64,000 bases of DNA, from assembly GCA_951406725.2 (NCBI GenBank), contig OX597825.1, positions 42,904,001-42,968,000 of the forward strand, read 5' to 3'. Of the stretch, positions 1-13,895 are shown piece by piece. The first letter of the stretch is position 1. The number at the start of each line of letters is the position of its first letter. A program made the translations under genes and the position numbers. The notes beneath the pieces were generated by a model, which saw only the letters and a program-made list of their open reading frames with translations, did not search any database and had not been told where the DNA came from. This DNA comes from Octopus vulgaris (taxonomy: Eukaryota).

Positions 1-2
1 TC

Positions 3-1851
3 GAAGAAGCGCTGAAAAGGACTGAAGAAGAAATTATATTCCTGGCAAGAGGTGTAAGTTTCGGTACCATGGTGGTCCAGTTTGAGAACGAAAGTGTAGC
101 GAGAAGAATAGCGGCGAGGACTGTGAAAACGGAAAAGGTGTTCCTTCTGCCCTCGTATCTGGGTAGAAGGACAACTCGGATCAGGGTGGAGGGAATACCT
201 CCCAATATCGATGGCGAGTGGATCGTGGCAGCCATCATTGGTGGATGCGAGGAGGAAGTAGACATTCTCCACGCCACGGTGAAGGATGAAGGAGGCTGGA
301 AGGGTGCAGTTCTCGAAATGAACGTGCAAGCAGAAGCCGAAATATTGGATCAACTGGCAGAGAGTGTCAAAATGGGAAATATTATTATGAGAGTGTGGGT
401 GGAGGGCAGAGCGCCGCGCTGCTACAAGTGTGACGTGAAAGGTCACATAAGAGCTAACTGCCCTCCCCCATCAAAGTAAATAAGAGAGGTAGTAACCGAA
501 GAGGAACAGAATATAACGGAGCAGAATACAACAGGAGGAAGTACCAAAAGAATGGGAAGACGGCAGAAGGAGGAAAAGGAGAAGGGGAAAAGTGAATCGT
601 GCTGAACCCCAATCCACCCCAACACCACCCGCACCCTCTGAGGCCAACCCTTCCCCTGCAGACAGTGAACCCACCCGCTCCCCACCAACAAGAAAACAAA
701 AAAAGAAGCAAACACACAAGATAACTCTAAAAATCATAGGACCAATATTCTTGGTATTTGGGACCATGAAGAAGTACGGAAAATAATAAAAGACAGGGGG
801 AAAGTAAAATGGAATGACTGTGAGTACAGGCTGGGGGTAATGTATGCGGTAATTCCGGAAGACCTTGTAAAGGAACTTGGGGAAGAATGTGCAAGGAGAA
901 GTTATAAACTGGTTAGATATAAAATTGAAGAGGAAAGATTGTCTAAAATGGAAAGGGAATTCAATTGTAAACTGGAGGACTATATGCATTTCATTCCGGT
1001 TTAAGGAGGAAGAACGGGTAAGTGATGCTAGCGGATGGGGCCGCGACAAGTGATATAACGATGAAAGTATGGGTGGAGGGCATAGCCCCTCGTTGTTACA
1101 AATGTGGCCTGAAGGGCCACATAAAAGCAAATTGTAATACGACAGTGGAACAGATAACCAAGGAAACAACAGTGGAAACGGTAGCACCCCAGAAGGAACA
1201 GGAGGAAACAGAAGAAAAGGAGAGTCAAGTGAACGAAGACGGAAAAGAGTGGGAAACTCCAAGAAAAAGAAACAGCGGAAAAGAAAAAAAGGCAAGTAAC
1301 TGGGAATCCCAACCCACCCCAACACCACCCTCACCGACTGTGTCCCACCCCGTCCCTACAGACACCAATTCCACCCACAAGAAAACAGAAAACATACAAA
1401 CAAACGATAAGACAAAGTCACCACCCTGAAGAATATCTTATACGTATTATTTGACAACAAACATTTATATGAAAGATTGAAAATATGGGGAAAGATAGAA
1501 ATGCCAGATGGCTGGCATCAGAAAATGGTTTTAGTAGTGTCAAAAAGTCAGGTTGAGGAACTTGAAAAGGAACTTGAGGATGATTATACTTTATTAAGAA
1601 GAACATTGGAACCGGAAAGATGAATAAACTAGAAGAAATATATGAGGTTAAATTTGTAGACTTTGTGATTTTCGAGGTAAAATAGGAAAAAAAATGGACA
1701 AGTAAGCGATGTTGACTGATGGGGCAGTTAATTCATCTTTCATTTTCACCCTTTCTCTCATTTTATCATACGACAATTTGTTTTGATGTTTTTTGTCCCC
1801 AATGTGTTGTAGTGTCCCCTCTATGTAAGACATTTTATGGTTAATAAAAAA
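3..1851 (+). mobile_element. LINE ORF1/gag-like element with two CCHC zinc knuckles (internal tandem duplication), no ORF2; ends in AATAAA/A-run
   Basis: Frame is open from the window edge to 479 (EEALKRTEEEIIFLARG...VWVEGRAPRCYKCDVKGHIRANC). A second copy (VWVEGIAPRCYKCGLKGHIKANC) lies at 1022-1429. Both are followed by acidic/basic and Pro-rich linkers. T-rich 3' region ends ttaataaaaaa at about 1851. Confidence 0.7.
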
Positions 1852-3065
1852 TCATCGACTATATTTACAACTGTCCTTCTGTCACACCACATCAAAATAT
1901 CTGGGGTTTTTTCGTAATTGGGATGGGAAAGAATCCCTGGCACCCAGGTAAATCTGCTGTCACCTCCCAATAGCCGTTCCACTTTTCATCTCTCACAGGA
2001 GGTTTCTTGATCTCCTTCTTGAAACGGATCCGCTGACCTGGTCGCACGAAGGTAAGGAAATCTCTAGATGGTACTTTTAACGGTTTTTTCTGTGCTCTTG
2101 AGATGAATTTGGTTCTTTATAGCATTGAAGACAACCTGAAGAACCAAGTTGTGTCTCTATGTATACCTGTTCAATGCTAATGAACAGTTGGAAAGAATAT
2201 GTTTCAGTGTACTGACCCTTCCACATTTGCAGATGTCATTCTCTGAGACGTTCTATCTTACTAGATTCGTAGGTGATGGCAAAACATCATAAGATGAATG
2301 AATCAGGAAACTCAGCCGAGATGTCGTCCACTTCCATAACTCATCGCAACTTATTTTCCTCTCAACAACATGTTCTTCCCTTCTCGTCATCTGACCTTGA
2401 TGAAAACATCGGATCGAATGAAACTCTCTTCTCTCTGCTTCTCTTGTTTTGACGCTGTTGCTAACAACAGATCTGCGTTCACTCCGCATCATGCTTGCAA
2501 ACGGTCTGAACTGATCTGCGCCAAAACCAAGTCCTTTCCGATGGTTCTGCGTTGCTCCCACCATATCTCTGTGTATAAGAGAAGACAAGACGTCGTCAGT
2601 TTCTGCTTCTGTTTTCCACTGCCTGGCTGTTTTCACCTCTGGTGGGTTACGCCTGATTTCCATATCCTTCGATTCTCTTAGCATCATGACCGTCCGTATC
2701 TTCCCCAGCTTATATATTTCGACTATTGATGCTATTGGTAGCTGCAACGAACCTCTTTTCCGATAAAGAGCTGAACTGTTCAACATACGAGGTAGGCCTA
2801 GCCACTTTCTAATGAACACATTACATTTTTGTTCTATGATTTCAACTCGTGACAATGCTACCTTGTATATTAAAAGTGGCCACGCAAGTCGCGGGTACAA
2901 TCCGAACTGCAAGCACCAAATTTTATAGTTACCTGGTAACTTCGAATTATCAATCGCTGATAACCCAACCTCGGCCTGTTTCATAATTTCAATCCCACCA
3001 CTTCTGTCTGACAATGTTCCAGCGTATACTCGCCCCAAGCTCTTGACGGGCTCTTCCTTGACTGT
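1852..3065 (-). mobile_element. HERO-like RLE non-LTR retrotransposon fragment (RT thumb, CCHC finger, start of restriction-like endonuclease)
   Basis: Minus strand reads TVKEEPVKSLGRVY...LPGNYKIWCLQFGLYPRLAWPLLIY...YDVLPSPTNL, then CKCGRVSTLKHILSNC...RYT*RHNLVL and TPDILMW (PD motif). Contains stops; truncated at both ends. Confidence 0.85.
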
Positions 3066-3395
3066 TGGAATTCTATATCTTAAGATTTTGTTTTGTAATA
3101 AAAGTTACTTTACACTCTTCAGTAGAAGTATACCGACAATATGTAAGTGAAATATATATGTACATACCGATAAATATTTGCATACAGATACCAATATATA
3201 CATACATTTTTCACGCATATATTATATCTAATCTCCCATCTCACCCATGCGGCTACTGCTAGAATAGTCCAGGAGCAAATATAATGACCAGAGAACTCGA
3301 AATTATATATGCATATGGATTGAGGATATAATCATTAAAATGATTATAACAGTGGCCAGTGTATAACAACTAATATTTAAGCATATAATTATATA

Positions 3396-3455
<60 letters not shown>

Positions 3456-3459
<4 letters not shown>

Positions 3460-3680
3460 GATAAAAATAAGATGGTAATTAACTTTCGAACGCCGTTATA
3501 ACAGTAGAAACATTGGGGAAATTACCCTTACGAAGCGAGAAAATTTGTCAACAAACAGCTATGGGACTCGAACCTAGATCTCTTTAAGACTCCGGCCAAG
3601 TGTTTTACGATAAGCTAAATTGGCCGCCGACAAATTAACCCGTTTTTTAATACGTTTTTAAAGCTAAACGTGTAACCAGA
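3456..3680 (-). repeat. Repeat containing a tRNA-like segment (copy A)
   Basis: Reverse complement contains agcttatcgtaaaacacttggccggagtc...ggttcgagtccc (A and B boxes). Homologous to 5262-5450 and 5093-5210. Confidence 0.6.
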
Positions 3681-5092
3681 CACATATAGATATAAACAGG
3701 ATCTAGTCTTTTTTATTCACAAAATGAGCCCACTTTAACTTTGCTCAGATTGCTGTGAATTTTGGTGTATCGATGCAACTCTGAATTTTGATTACGACCA
3801 ACCAATTGCTTTATCTCGTAAATTAAAGAATATGATGTTTTGGGGGATTCAATTTGAGAGATTTGGATAATTTTAATCAATCAACAGGTAGCGTGGCATT
3901 AGCAGCTTGTTACCATAACAACCGAACGCTATGCTGTGGTTCACTTCACTGTTGTCTGTGCCGCACGTTGTTCTATGTTGATTTTCGGCACTTGATTCTT
4001 CACACCACGAGAATCTTTTCACCCTCGCGTTTTGTTTTAATTTTTCGGTGTGTTAGTATATTACATATTTTGCTGTGCTTTTATGTGTTAGTATTTTTCT
4101 GTGCTTTTTCTGTGTTAGTACTTTTACATATTGTTAATTTCATATATTTTTCATTTATATTCAGGGATTCATTGATTCAGAAAGCTGGATTTATGATTTC
4201 ATCAGGTTAATTCTATTCATAAAAATTTAAATTAGGAGTTTTTGTAAAGTTTTAACTTCACGTTTCAAGAGCTTAACTGAAATTTAGCCCGCGTAACAGG
4301 AACTGAAAGGAATATCGTGGAACAGAGAAACTGTGGCCGATACAGATAATTTGACAATATTTTTGAATTCTGCAGGCAAAACATATATACGATACAGGTA
4401 TTCTTTACCTTGAGACAAACTCGCTGTTGACCAGTGTTATTCTAATCGTAGTTTACAAATCGAAGCATAAAAACGTTACTCAACTTTGGAATTTTGGAGA
4501 CACACACACACATAGACACACACATAAATGCATAAATGTACTTATAAACTTATATATGAATACATGCATCCAGATGCACCTACATACTAATGATGTACAC
4601 AAATGCATGACAGGTAAACATAATACTGAAATACGTATAAAACGAACACATGCAGACAAATATATTAATAGAACAAATTAAAAAAAATAATAAAAACATA
4701 CAATGAATGAGGAGACAAAAGAAACAGTAAGATGATATATGTTGATTTTATTAGGTATTTCTGTTTATTTAGACGCTAGCCTATAAATTTCACAAGATAC
4801 AACCTTAAAGTTGACACTGCACCGCTAAACGCAGAAAATTTATGTCCCGCAATTGGCTAAAGATACAGAGTCGTTCCGATTTTTAAACGGCTGTAACTTT
4901 TGCCTTCAATCTTTTTCTCCACAACATCATACCTGCATAGCAATGAGGATGGAAGACTACATTACTATAGCCAATATTCAGATTTTTTACTTTCTTTTAA
5001 AACATGCATATTTTGAAAATGAAAAAAAAAATAGATCCTATAAACAAACTAAAGTTAGTTTTTTTATAAGCGCCGAAATATGTATATCAAAA

Positions 5093-5450
5093 TATAAATA
5101 AGATAATTAATTTTTGAATGCAGAGACGCCGTTAGAACAGCAGAAATATTGGATGAATTACCCTTACAAAGCGGGGAAATTTGTTAACTAGCAGTTATGG
5201 GACTCGAAAATTTCGGCACTTATTAAATCAACTAATGTTAATTTGTTCATATTTATACACACGCGTTTGCACAATTAGCTTTAAAAGCGTCTAAAAAGGG
5301 GATTAATTCGTTGACGGGCAGTTTCGCTTAATGGTAGAGCACTTGGGCGGAGTCCTCAAGGGATATGGGTTCGAGTCTCAGCTTTTTGTAGACAATTTTT
5401 TTCCGCTTCCTAAGGATAATTTACCAAATGTTTCTGCTGTTCTAATAACT
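5093..5450. repeat. Two inverted copies of the tRNA-like repeat (partial minus copy 5093-5210, plus copy 5262-5450)
   Basis: 5317-5385 reads gcttaatggtagagca...gggttcgagtctc (D-arm, T-arm). Its 3' body ttccgcttcctaaggataatttaccaaatgtttctgctgttctaa is the reverse complement of 5130-5180. Confidence 0.6.
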
Positions 5451-5643
5451 TGTAAGAAAAAACAAATGCTAGTTTGTTGATGCATATATATATATATATA
5501 CATGCGTAGCGTATGCTTTTATGTATATCAGTGCAGTTGTATATGTGTGCTTATGGGCGTACATGTCTCTGTGTGCCTCTCTCTCTCTCTTTCACGCTAT
5601 GCATACACACACATACACACACATATATATACATATATATATA

Positions 5644-5704
<61 letters not shown>

Positions 5705-6533
5705 CTATGTAGGAGGTGCAAACGTGTACGAGTGTCTGTGTGTATGCATGCATGAGTGTGTGTGTGTACGTATATTCTTATGTATATGTTCATAGAATTT
5801 ATCTAAGAGATGGAAAAATATATGCTTGTTTAAAGTATATAGCATTGGCTATACTTTATTTCGACTTACAGCTGAAACTAATACATTTGTAAAAGAAAAG
5901 AAAAACAGATAGAAAATAAATATTATTACAAGAAATGTCCCACAATCTCTCAGGAAAACACGAAAGAAAGAAATGTAGCATATCGCTAAATTGTATTATC
6001 GAATATAAATGATTCAATTACTTGCCTTAGCACTGAATCATAAAAAATGTGTAGATATATTTTTTACACCGACTGTATGGATTCGACCATCGTATTAATC
6101 AAGTGCATTTGATGGAAACATATGGAAATTTCTTTTCACTATTGCTGTGTCAACGTTAACTGAATCTTTTACTTATTTTCCGAGCTGTTACTCCTGTGCA
6201 TGATTCAAGAAGGTTTACACAAGATCTTTCTTAGTACCCTGAACTATAGTCTATATTTCTTATTTCGCAGTTCCAGGGAGAATTTGAGGCACTTTGAGGT
6301 ACTTTCCTTGAATATTTTTCTTTACAAATACATGTACATGTAAAAGTAAGTTGCTTATCGGTCTGATGGGTCTATTTTTCTATATTATACTCAATATTAC
6401 GTTCTAAATGCTATTGTTAAACATATTAGCTAATGAAACCTAGACTGAGGCATTACGACATTAAATTCTCAAGCTGTCGTTCTGGTAAAAAGAACATGCC
6501 TAAGTTGCTATAAGATTATCTCAATGATTTTAA

Positions 6534-6870
6534 GGCGGAAGGCAGCGAGCAGGCAGAAACGTTAGCCCGCCGGGCGAAATGCTTAGCAGTATTTCGTCAG
6601 TCGCTACGTTCTGAGTTCAAATTTGGCCGTGGTCGACTGCCCCCTACCCCAAAATTTCGGGCCCTGTGCCTAGAATAGAAAAGGATGATTTCAAGGTAGC
6701 AAAATGCTTAGCTGTATTTCATCCCTCTCTGCGTTCTAAGTTCAAATTCCGCTGAGGTCAACTTTGCTTTCATCTTTGGGGTCGATAAAATAAGTACCAG
6801 TTGAGTACTGTGGTCAATGTAATCGACTTAAACCTTTCCAGAACTTTCTGGCATTGTACCAAAATCTTAA
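6534..6870 (+). mobile_element. Two adjacent partial tRNA-derived SINE copies (family with gcctttcatcctttcggggtcgataaa-like core)
   Basis: ggcagcgagcaggcagaaacgttagc...aaatgcttagc...gttctgagttcaaat, repeated from about 6700, followed by ctttgctttcatctttggggtcgataaaataagtaccag. Confidence 0.75.
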
Positions 6871-9800
6871 TCAATATTATCTCAATCAGACTATTACAAT
6901 TATTCTTACGGTTTAGAGATCAGATTCCCTCTGTATCATTTTAGAATAGTTTCTTTGATTCCTTTCATACGCTCTGAACTTTTATTCTTGTGTATAATCA
7001 CTTAACTGCTTTCAAAAGTTTAATTACTAAATGTGATTTTGTTGTTTGAAACTGGAATATTGGTAGCTCATTCCTCACTATTATTAGACGGTCAACCGTG
7101 AACGGATTTGGCTTGGCCGTTTCCGACATAGCAGAATGCTTTCTGATTAATAGTGAGTTGACTATGAATTTTCTGTAGTGACAAGTGAATAGGAACGGTT
7201 ATGCTCTTCCGTCGTTATTCCCTGAATCTATCTATTAATGTGTCCCGTAGAGATAAATTTCTGTTGAGCTCTCTGGAGAAGTGCTCAATGCCAATACTTT
7301 AAACTTGTTGAGTCTTGAAGAATTGCAGTACCCGGAAAGTTTAGAGTCCTTCAGAGAGTAATGATGTGGATGACATTAACATTCCGTTTAAAATTTTTGT
7401 AGGTCAACTCATACAGGAAAGATATGAGCATTGAGGAGATAAAAAAGAACCGATGTTCAGGGTAGAAAAGACTCGACATACTAGTTAGTGTGAGACTGGG
7501 AGGTTTGGACGCAATAAAGTACTAGTAAGATGCACGGGTTGATGTGCCTCAGTAGTGGGGATACGCGATCAGCTAGCTCAGAGGAGCACTAGCTTTGATT
7601 TTGCGAACTAATATATGTGTGAGTGCGAGAGAACGCGCGCACATGTGTCCATGTGTTTATTGGATGTGTACATACATACACACATACAGATATGCATATC
7701 TGCGTAATTTTATCTATCATATTATTTCTATATTATTCTTTGGCCCAACTAACTTTTTAAAAATCTTGTTAGTTTAAGCGTATCTTATGTATGTATCCTT
7801 ATATGTATGAATGTATCTATGCATGTATGTATATAGGTATGTATATATATGTGCGTGTGTGTGTGTATGTGTATGTGTGCGTGTGTGTGTAGCCAATATG
7901 TTCCATTAGTAAATATAATTAAAATTAATTGGCAAGTATGTAAATATGTGTATGTTCGTGTATAATTGACAGATGAAATAAAATTATTCCGTCAATGTCT
8001 CTCTATCAATTGTGCATGTATGTATTTGATAAATAATATAAACTGTAAATTCTTGCAGAAAAATAATTTCGGATGACTAAGCTATTGAATTAAGACATGT
8101 TGAGAAGAATTATTGAGTCCCGACCGCCTTTCCAGCGATCCAGAAATTTTAATTCTTACCCAATCGTCAAATCTATTCCAATGACAATTAGGAAGTTTGA
8201 AAAATATTCACTTAGAAACTTTAAATAAAAACTACGAATCAAACATGACAAAAGCTTTTAGTTTAAATTAATTTGATTTAACAGGTTGAGATTGAAAAAA
8301 AGTAAACTAGAAGCGATAGAAATAAAAATGATGGTAACAACGACAAAACATAGACGATAATATGTGATTGATTGTTATTCGTTCGCTTCCAAGCTATAAA
8401 AGATAATTGTATGTTGAACAACCAGCGGGGATTTCAGTTCTATCCCAAAACAATTCTCGTTAATCTTAATTAAATAGCTTTATATGAATTTTAATGTGAG
8501 ATGTGTCCCGAAACAAAGAAGAAAACAAAAAGCCGAATAGCGTTTGACATCAGTGACGTAAGCTTTACATACTTCCAGCCTCAACAGACGTTTTACATTT
8601 TGTATATTGGGATTTAGAGAGAAATATTGCAAAATGTATATACAGAAATAAACAAAATGAAATGATATACATAGAATTAATATAAAGATCTAAGAGAACG
8701 TGACAAATTAAGATTCTCTTCTTTGATATGACGGAATATCAGATATTTCAAATACTTTTAGATTACAAGATCATATATTACAGCAATCATATTCTAAGGA
8801 ACTTGTGGTAGTCTATGCTGGTAAAAGTTATAACTCCTGCTGGAACCTACAGGTACATTGTAGTAATGGAAAGGAGATATTGTAACGTTCATGATTTTCA
8901 CAGAGCCATAAATAATATAATATTTTGAAATATGTTTTAAGATAAATGTTTTGAAATATGTATCAAACGCTTTCTATGATTCAAGCTTTTGATTTACAAT
9001 ATTTATCGATGAATAGATACATATTTTCTACTTTTTTATTTGGCTAAACTCCTTATATATTTAGAAGAGAAAATACAACGTGCATATTTTAATTTCTTCT
9101 CTAACAGCAGTAGCTCTGATTCCAAGTTGTCTTGGAATAATAGTCATACTTTGTACGGATAATATAGAGGGACCAAATAAATAGAAGGCAAACCTTTTAC
9201 AAAACCTGCTTGTCTATTGAAACGAAATCAGTTTACTCTGCACTAGGAAAATATTTGGTACGTTTCCAAACTATACTACACAAGTTAGTTAACTGAGAAT
9301 CTGCTTCACTATTATGTTTGAAAACTCATCGCGCATGTGCGCGTGTGTGTAACATGTATTAATTTCAATTTTCCAAGTGATGAATCTTTCTTAGCAGTGT
9401 ATTTGTTGGTAATCATTGAACATCATTACCAAAGTGAATAGCTCTTTCTCATATATGAATACACTTTTAATCATTAGATTAATTTATTATAATTTGAATA
9501 ATTCTATTTGATACTTTAGTTGTTGATCATAATTATTCTGATCCTAGTTGATTTGGCAAGTAAATTGATAATTCAATTATTGGAATGATATGTATGCTTG
9601 GTTCTTCAATTATATTTTATTATCTTTTGTTACAAGTTAACGTAAACTTTATAATTCCTCTAACCTTTCTGAAGTCTAGCTTTTTACGACTGCTTAGATA
9701 CAAGTATATTATATACGTCATTTCAAGTTTGCATCATAAGAAAAAAAATTGCTAAAGTTCACCTTTACAGATAAAAGAATACAATTTTTCTTGTTGCCAG

Positions 9801-11221
9801 GATATAATTTGTATTTTGCAAAGGTTGCATCGAAACTACTATCGATTTAACATTGCAAAATGTAAATTCAATTTACTCCAAATATTTCCTCCAACTTAAT
9901 TGATTTACCCTCACAATACATGGTATCTATGCTCTTTGAATTTCAATTAACGTCCTCCTATTTTTTTAATTTAAAGATATTTGAAAACAATTTTATTTCT
10001 TTACATCATTTGTTCAATGTTATTCCCAAACAGCGATGTAGCAGGAAAATTGAATTGGAACTACTATATGTAACAAAGACTATGTTGCCAAGAACATATT
10101 TTCAATAAAGATACATTTTTCGCAATTAATGTTATATTCTAACGATGTAGTTTCTGCCTGAAGCGTTGTATATTTATTCTACGAAAGAAATTAAGTATAA
10201 TCGGTTCTTTATAAAATATTTCTTTGTATAGTACTCTTTTGTCTGTAAAGGTGAAATCTTTCTGGGTTCATCCATCATGATACACTATGAAGCCCAATGC
10301 GAATGAAATTAATTAACCATTATATTTTTCTGAGAAATAATGTTAGCTATTGTTTTAGTATAAGTAGATTACAGAAAATGGTATATTGTGAACTTCATAC
10401 ATTTCTCAAGGGCACAATAGTAAACTAATATGAAACGTCTTCAATAAAAGTTTATACCAAATCAGGATCTCGACTCCCTGGAAGATTACAATGTGAATTT
10501 CACTTATTGCTTCAGAAAATATTGAACATTTAGCACAACAACTATGAGTAGATATTTAAACATCCTCATGTAAAGGAACTAAATGAGACATAAATTGTAT
10601 CCGAAGTAAAGACTTAATTCAGAGAGTCTTTATGTAAAATTGTGCAAATTTTACAAGCATTACAAAGCACTAGCTAAAAGGATCTAAAGAAGATCAAGGT
10701 AACAAATCTGTGGAGAGGATTAGTTAATTAAATGTACTCCAGTATTTTTTTAGCAATATATTTTATCAACTTCAGAAAAAAGCAAATGACACGTTTGATA
10801 CTGGCGGAATTAGAACACAGGATGTACAAAGCCTCAGCAAATACTGGAGATCAAATTGTCGCATGTTTTAACGATTCTGCAAATTTACCAAATGACAATA
10901 TGATAGACTACTTAGAAACCGACTTACAGGATATAACTGTTTATAATTCAGTTTAAAATGACCTGATTAATTATATAAAAATATTATTCATTTTAGCAAT
11001 ATAATACTCTAATGTTTACATACAGTATTCCATTCTAACACAATCTACTAAGGTATTAGAAAAAAAAACATATGTATTGAAATAAACAAATCCTCTTTCT
11101 TTTAATTAATAAATCAGAACGTCCCATATTCTGTGATATAATGAAATTGTTAAAAGAGGAAATATATATCATGATAGAGAAAGTCATATACATATGCAAC
11201 TACACAAAAGCACACATTGAC

Positions 11222-11350
11222 GAAGGTATGACTGTCTAGTTAAGAAGATTGTTGAACAAGTACGTGGTTCCAGATACAATATCATTGTGTAGTAGCTTGA
11301 GTAATTATCTTCTACTATAGCCATAGTTTGGCCAATACCTTGTGAATGAA
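11222..11350 (+). mobile_element. Degenerate CORE-type SINE 5' part
   Basis: Diverged match to the 28284-28420 SINE head (gtggttcc...tcttctactatagcc...ccttgtgaatg). Confidence 0.5.
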
Positions 11351-12271
11351 TAAAAATTCTTGCAGATCAACATCTTGTAATTACTTCTCATTTTTAATGT
11401 TAATGTAAAAGACGATCATTATATTTATTCGCTCAAGTAAAACACGGCAACTGAGAAAGGGACGTGGCGCCAACGAAACTCAACGCTAATTATTATTCAT
11501 GACATTTCCTTGGCCACATCAATTCGAATTATTTTGTCATAAAGAAGAAAATAAATTTTCTGATTATTTCTTTGTGATGTCTATGGGAATTCAATAATAT
11601 GAAAAAAAGAATTATGACATAAAATGGGCAAAGTGTCTTTTATTGAAAACCTCATTGACAAAGAAATTTTAAATCAGAAGCTTTTCTGAGATTCGACAAT
11701 AAAAAAATCTGGATGAAATAAGTGCATTCAACAATAGAAGTTCTTCACCTTTTGACAGCACGATTTCAATTAACGCATTATTTATTCTGTCACTACACGT
11801 TCCATATCTCCCTATTTAACTCTTTGACTGGAGAATAAAAGAAAAATACTTAAGGTACAACATAGAAAAGTAAACTAAAACAAAAAATGATTAACAGACT
11901 GGTATTATGTGTGTAGTGACTACCCACTTGACAAATAATGGAGAAGTAGTACAGAGAAATGAGATTGTGCGACATTTATCATTGGTTGCCAAGATTATTA
12001 GCTGTATGACTATAGTGAATTGGATTTAAGCGTTGTATATTAGCTTTATATGATAATCAGTTTTATTTTTCTTTAAATTAGAACTGCCTTTCACTCATGA
12101 CCATTATCGTTCGATTGCAGCCATAGAGGGTCAGAATTTTCTTCCGTCCAATGCAGTAGTTATAATCAATTCTTGGCGTAAGTTGGGTGATTAGCTGTAA
12201 CCTGTGCTTAAATCCTTAGGCAATATCGAAACATAGAGTCCAAAATCCAGAGATAAAAAGAGAGAGAGAGG

Positions 12272-12336
<65 letters not shown>

Positions 12337-12814
12337 GCAGACAGACAGAGTGAAAGTTATTGCATGGCACTACGCGCGACAATCCGAACATTCTGAACGA
12401 TCCGAACAATCCACTACCCCAAGATGGTACTTCATTTATTGACTTCGATACGATAAAACGAAGAAAAGCAAAGTTAGCCAGTCAGTTATACCACAAAGCA
12501 AGTAAGCAAATCCTGCAAGATATTTCTTCCAGAACGTAGCAAATTCGTTCACTTTTTATGAATTAAATGATAAAAGAAAACTGATTGAATATTGCATGAC
12601 TGTTGCTGCGAATATTGAATAGCTGTTTGTTATTTTAATACGACTGGGTAACATTCTTTTTAGGACAAGCCGCAATTCGATGAAACTAGTGAAAGTTTGC
12701 ATCGACAAAAATTCTTCAATTAAAAAGTTCGTTTGCCGGACCTGGCCTTTCATTTGAAAAAGAAGAAATAAAGAAAATAGATTCATTCGTTTGGTCCAGA
12801 AACAATAATTTTTT

Positions 12815-12950
12815 TGCACTCTAGGCAGCAGGACCGAAACTTTGGGGGCGGGGGCCAGTCGATTAGAGCGTCCCCAGTAAGCAACTGGTACTTAGTTTAT
12901 CGACCCCGAAAGGATGAAAGGTAAAGTCAACCGTAGCGGAATTAAATTAA
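12815..12950 (-). mobile_element. SINE fragment (same family as 6534-6870)
   Basis: ctggtacttagtttatcgaccccgaaaggatgaaaggtaaagtcaacc is the reverse complement of the family core. Confidence 0.75.
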
Positions 12951-13422
12951 AAATATTAATAACAAAACTTGTTCTTTCCTTACTGTAGGTATATTTCAAA
13001 TTACATTTATAATATTTCCTGATTAAACATGGTGCTATTAGATGGAAAAAACAGGCAAAAAAAACAATTAAATCCATGAAAGGAAACACTTTCAAATACT
13101 ATAATTTAGATGAACAGAAAATAATTTATTTGAACGATCATAATAGAAAAGTATTTTCCCTTTATTAATAAATTAGATTATTTACAAACACACCATACAT
13201 CACCGAAAATATTACACACGCGTATAAAATAAGCTCATAGAGTTAGGCTTAGAAAAATTAAATACATGCATTAACTTACTTATACATATGTACAAATGTA
13301 GATATACTCTTATACATATATACAACCATATACACATACACAAATATACATACACACGGTCGCACCACCACCCCACATACACGCACATATACGCAAACAA
13401 ACAACCCACCACACACACACAG

Positions 13423-13455
<33 letters not shown>

Positions 13456-13895
13456 GCATATATAAATCACAGTATGTGTGTGTATAATGACTAACGCATA
13501 CATTTCCACAATTCTCAACTTATTTTCTCCAAACTTTACACACACATCACTTATGCCTCAAGGATGGTCATTTTGTAATCTTTTTATACAAGTGAAAGGA
13601 TTTTATCTATTTTGACTGTCCACTTGAGCGGTGACCCTGTCAGGAAATAGGATTTAGAAGCTGTCATTTTGCTTTCATATAAATAAATGTTTATGTTAAT
13701 TTAAAAGATTTATCCTAAAATTTTATTCGGCTGTTATTTTTAGCACAACACGTGTTATGTCTCCGGTAATTTTCTTTCATGTAAATATGTATGTTAATTT
13801 AAAAGATTTATCCAAATTCGTTGTATGTACATAGTTTTTGTATGTAGGGTCATCCATACGTTTTTAATCCATATGTTCTTATAGTGAATAGAGCC

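Noticed and set aside
5317-5390. Functional tRNA gene
   Set aside because: Acceptor and anticodon stems do not pair properly, and diverged copies nearby indicate a repeat.
6020-6245. Exon-like segment on the minus strand bounded by ttcag and gcaagt
   Set aside because: All three frames contain stops.
12556-12819. Peptide EEFLSMQTFTSFIELRL reminiscent of a dDENN motif
   Set aside because: The resemblance is short, it lies between two SINE remnants, there is no clear splice donor, and no other matching exons were found.
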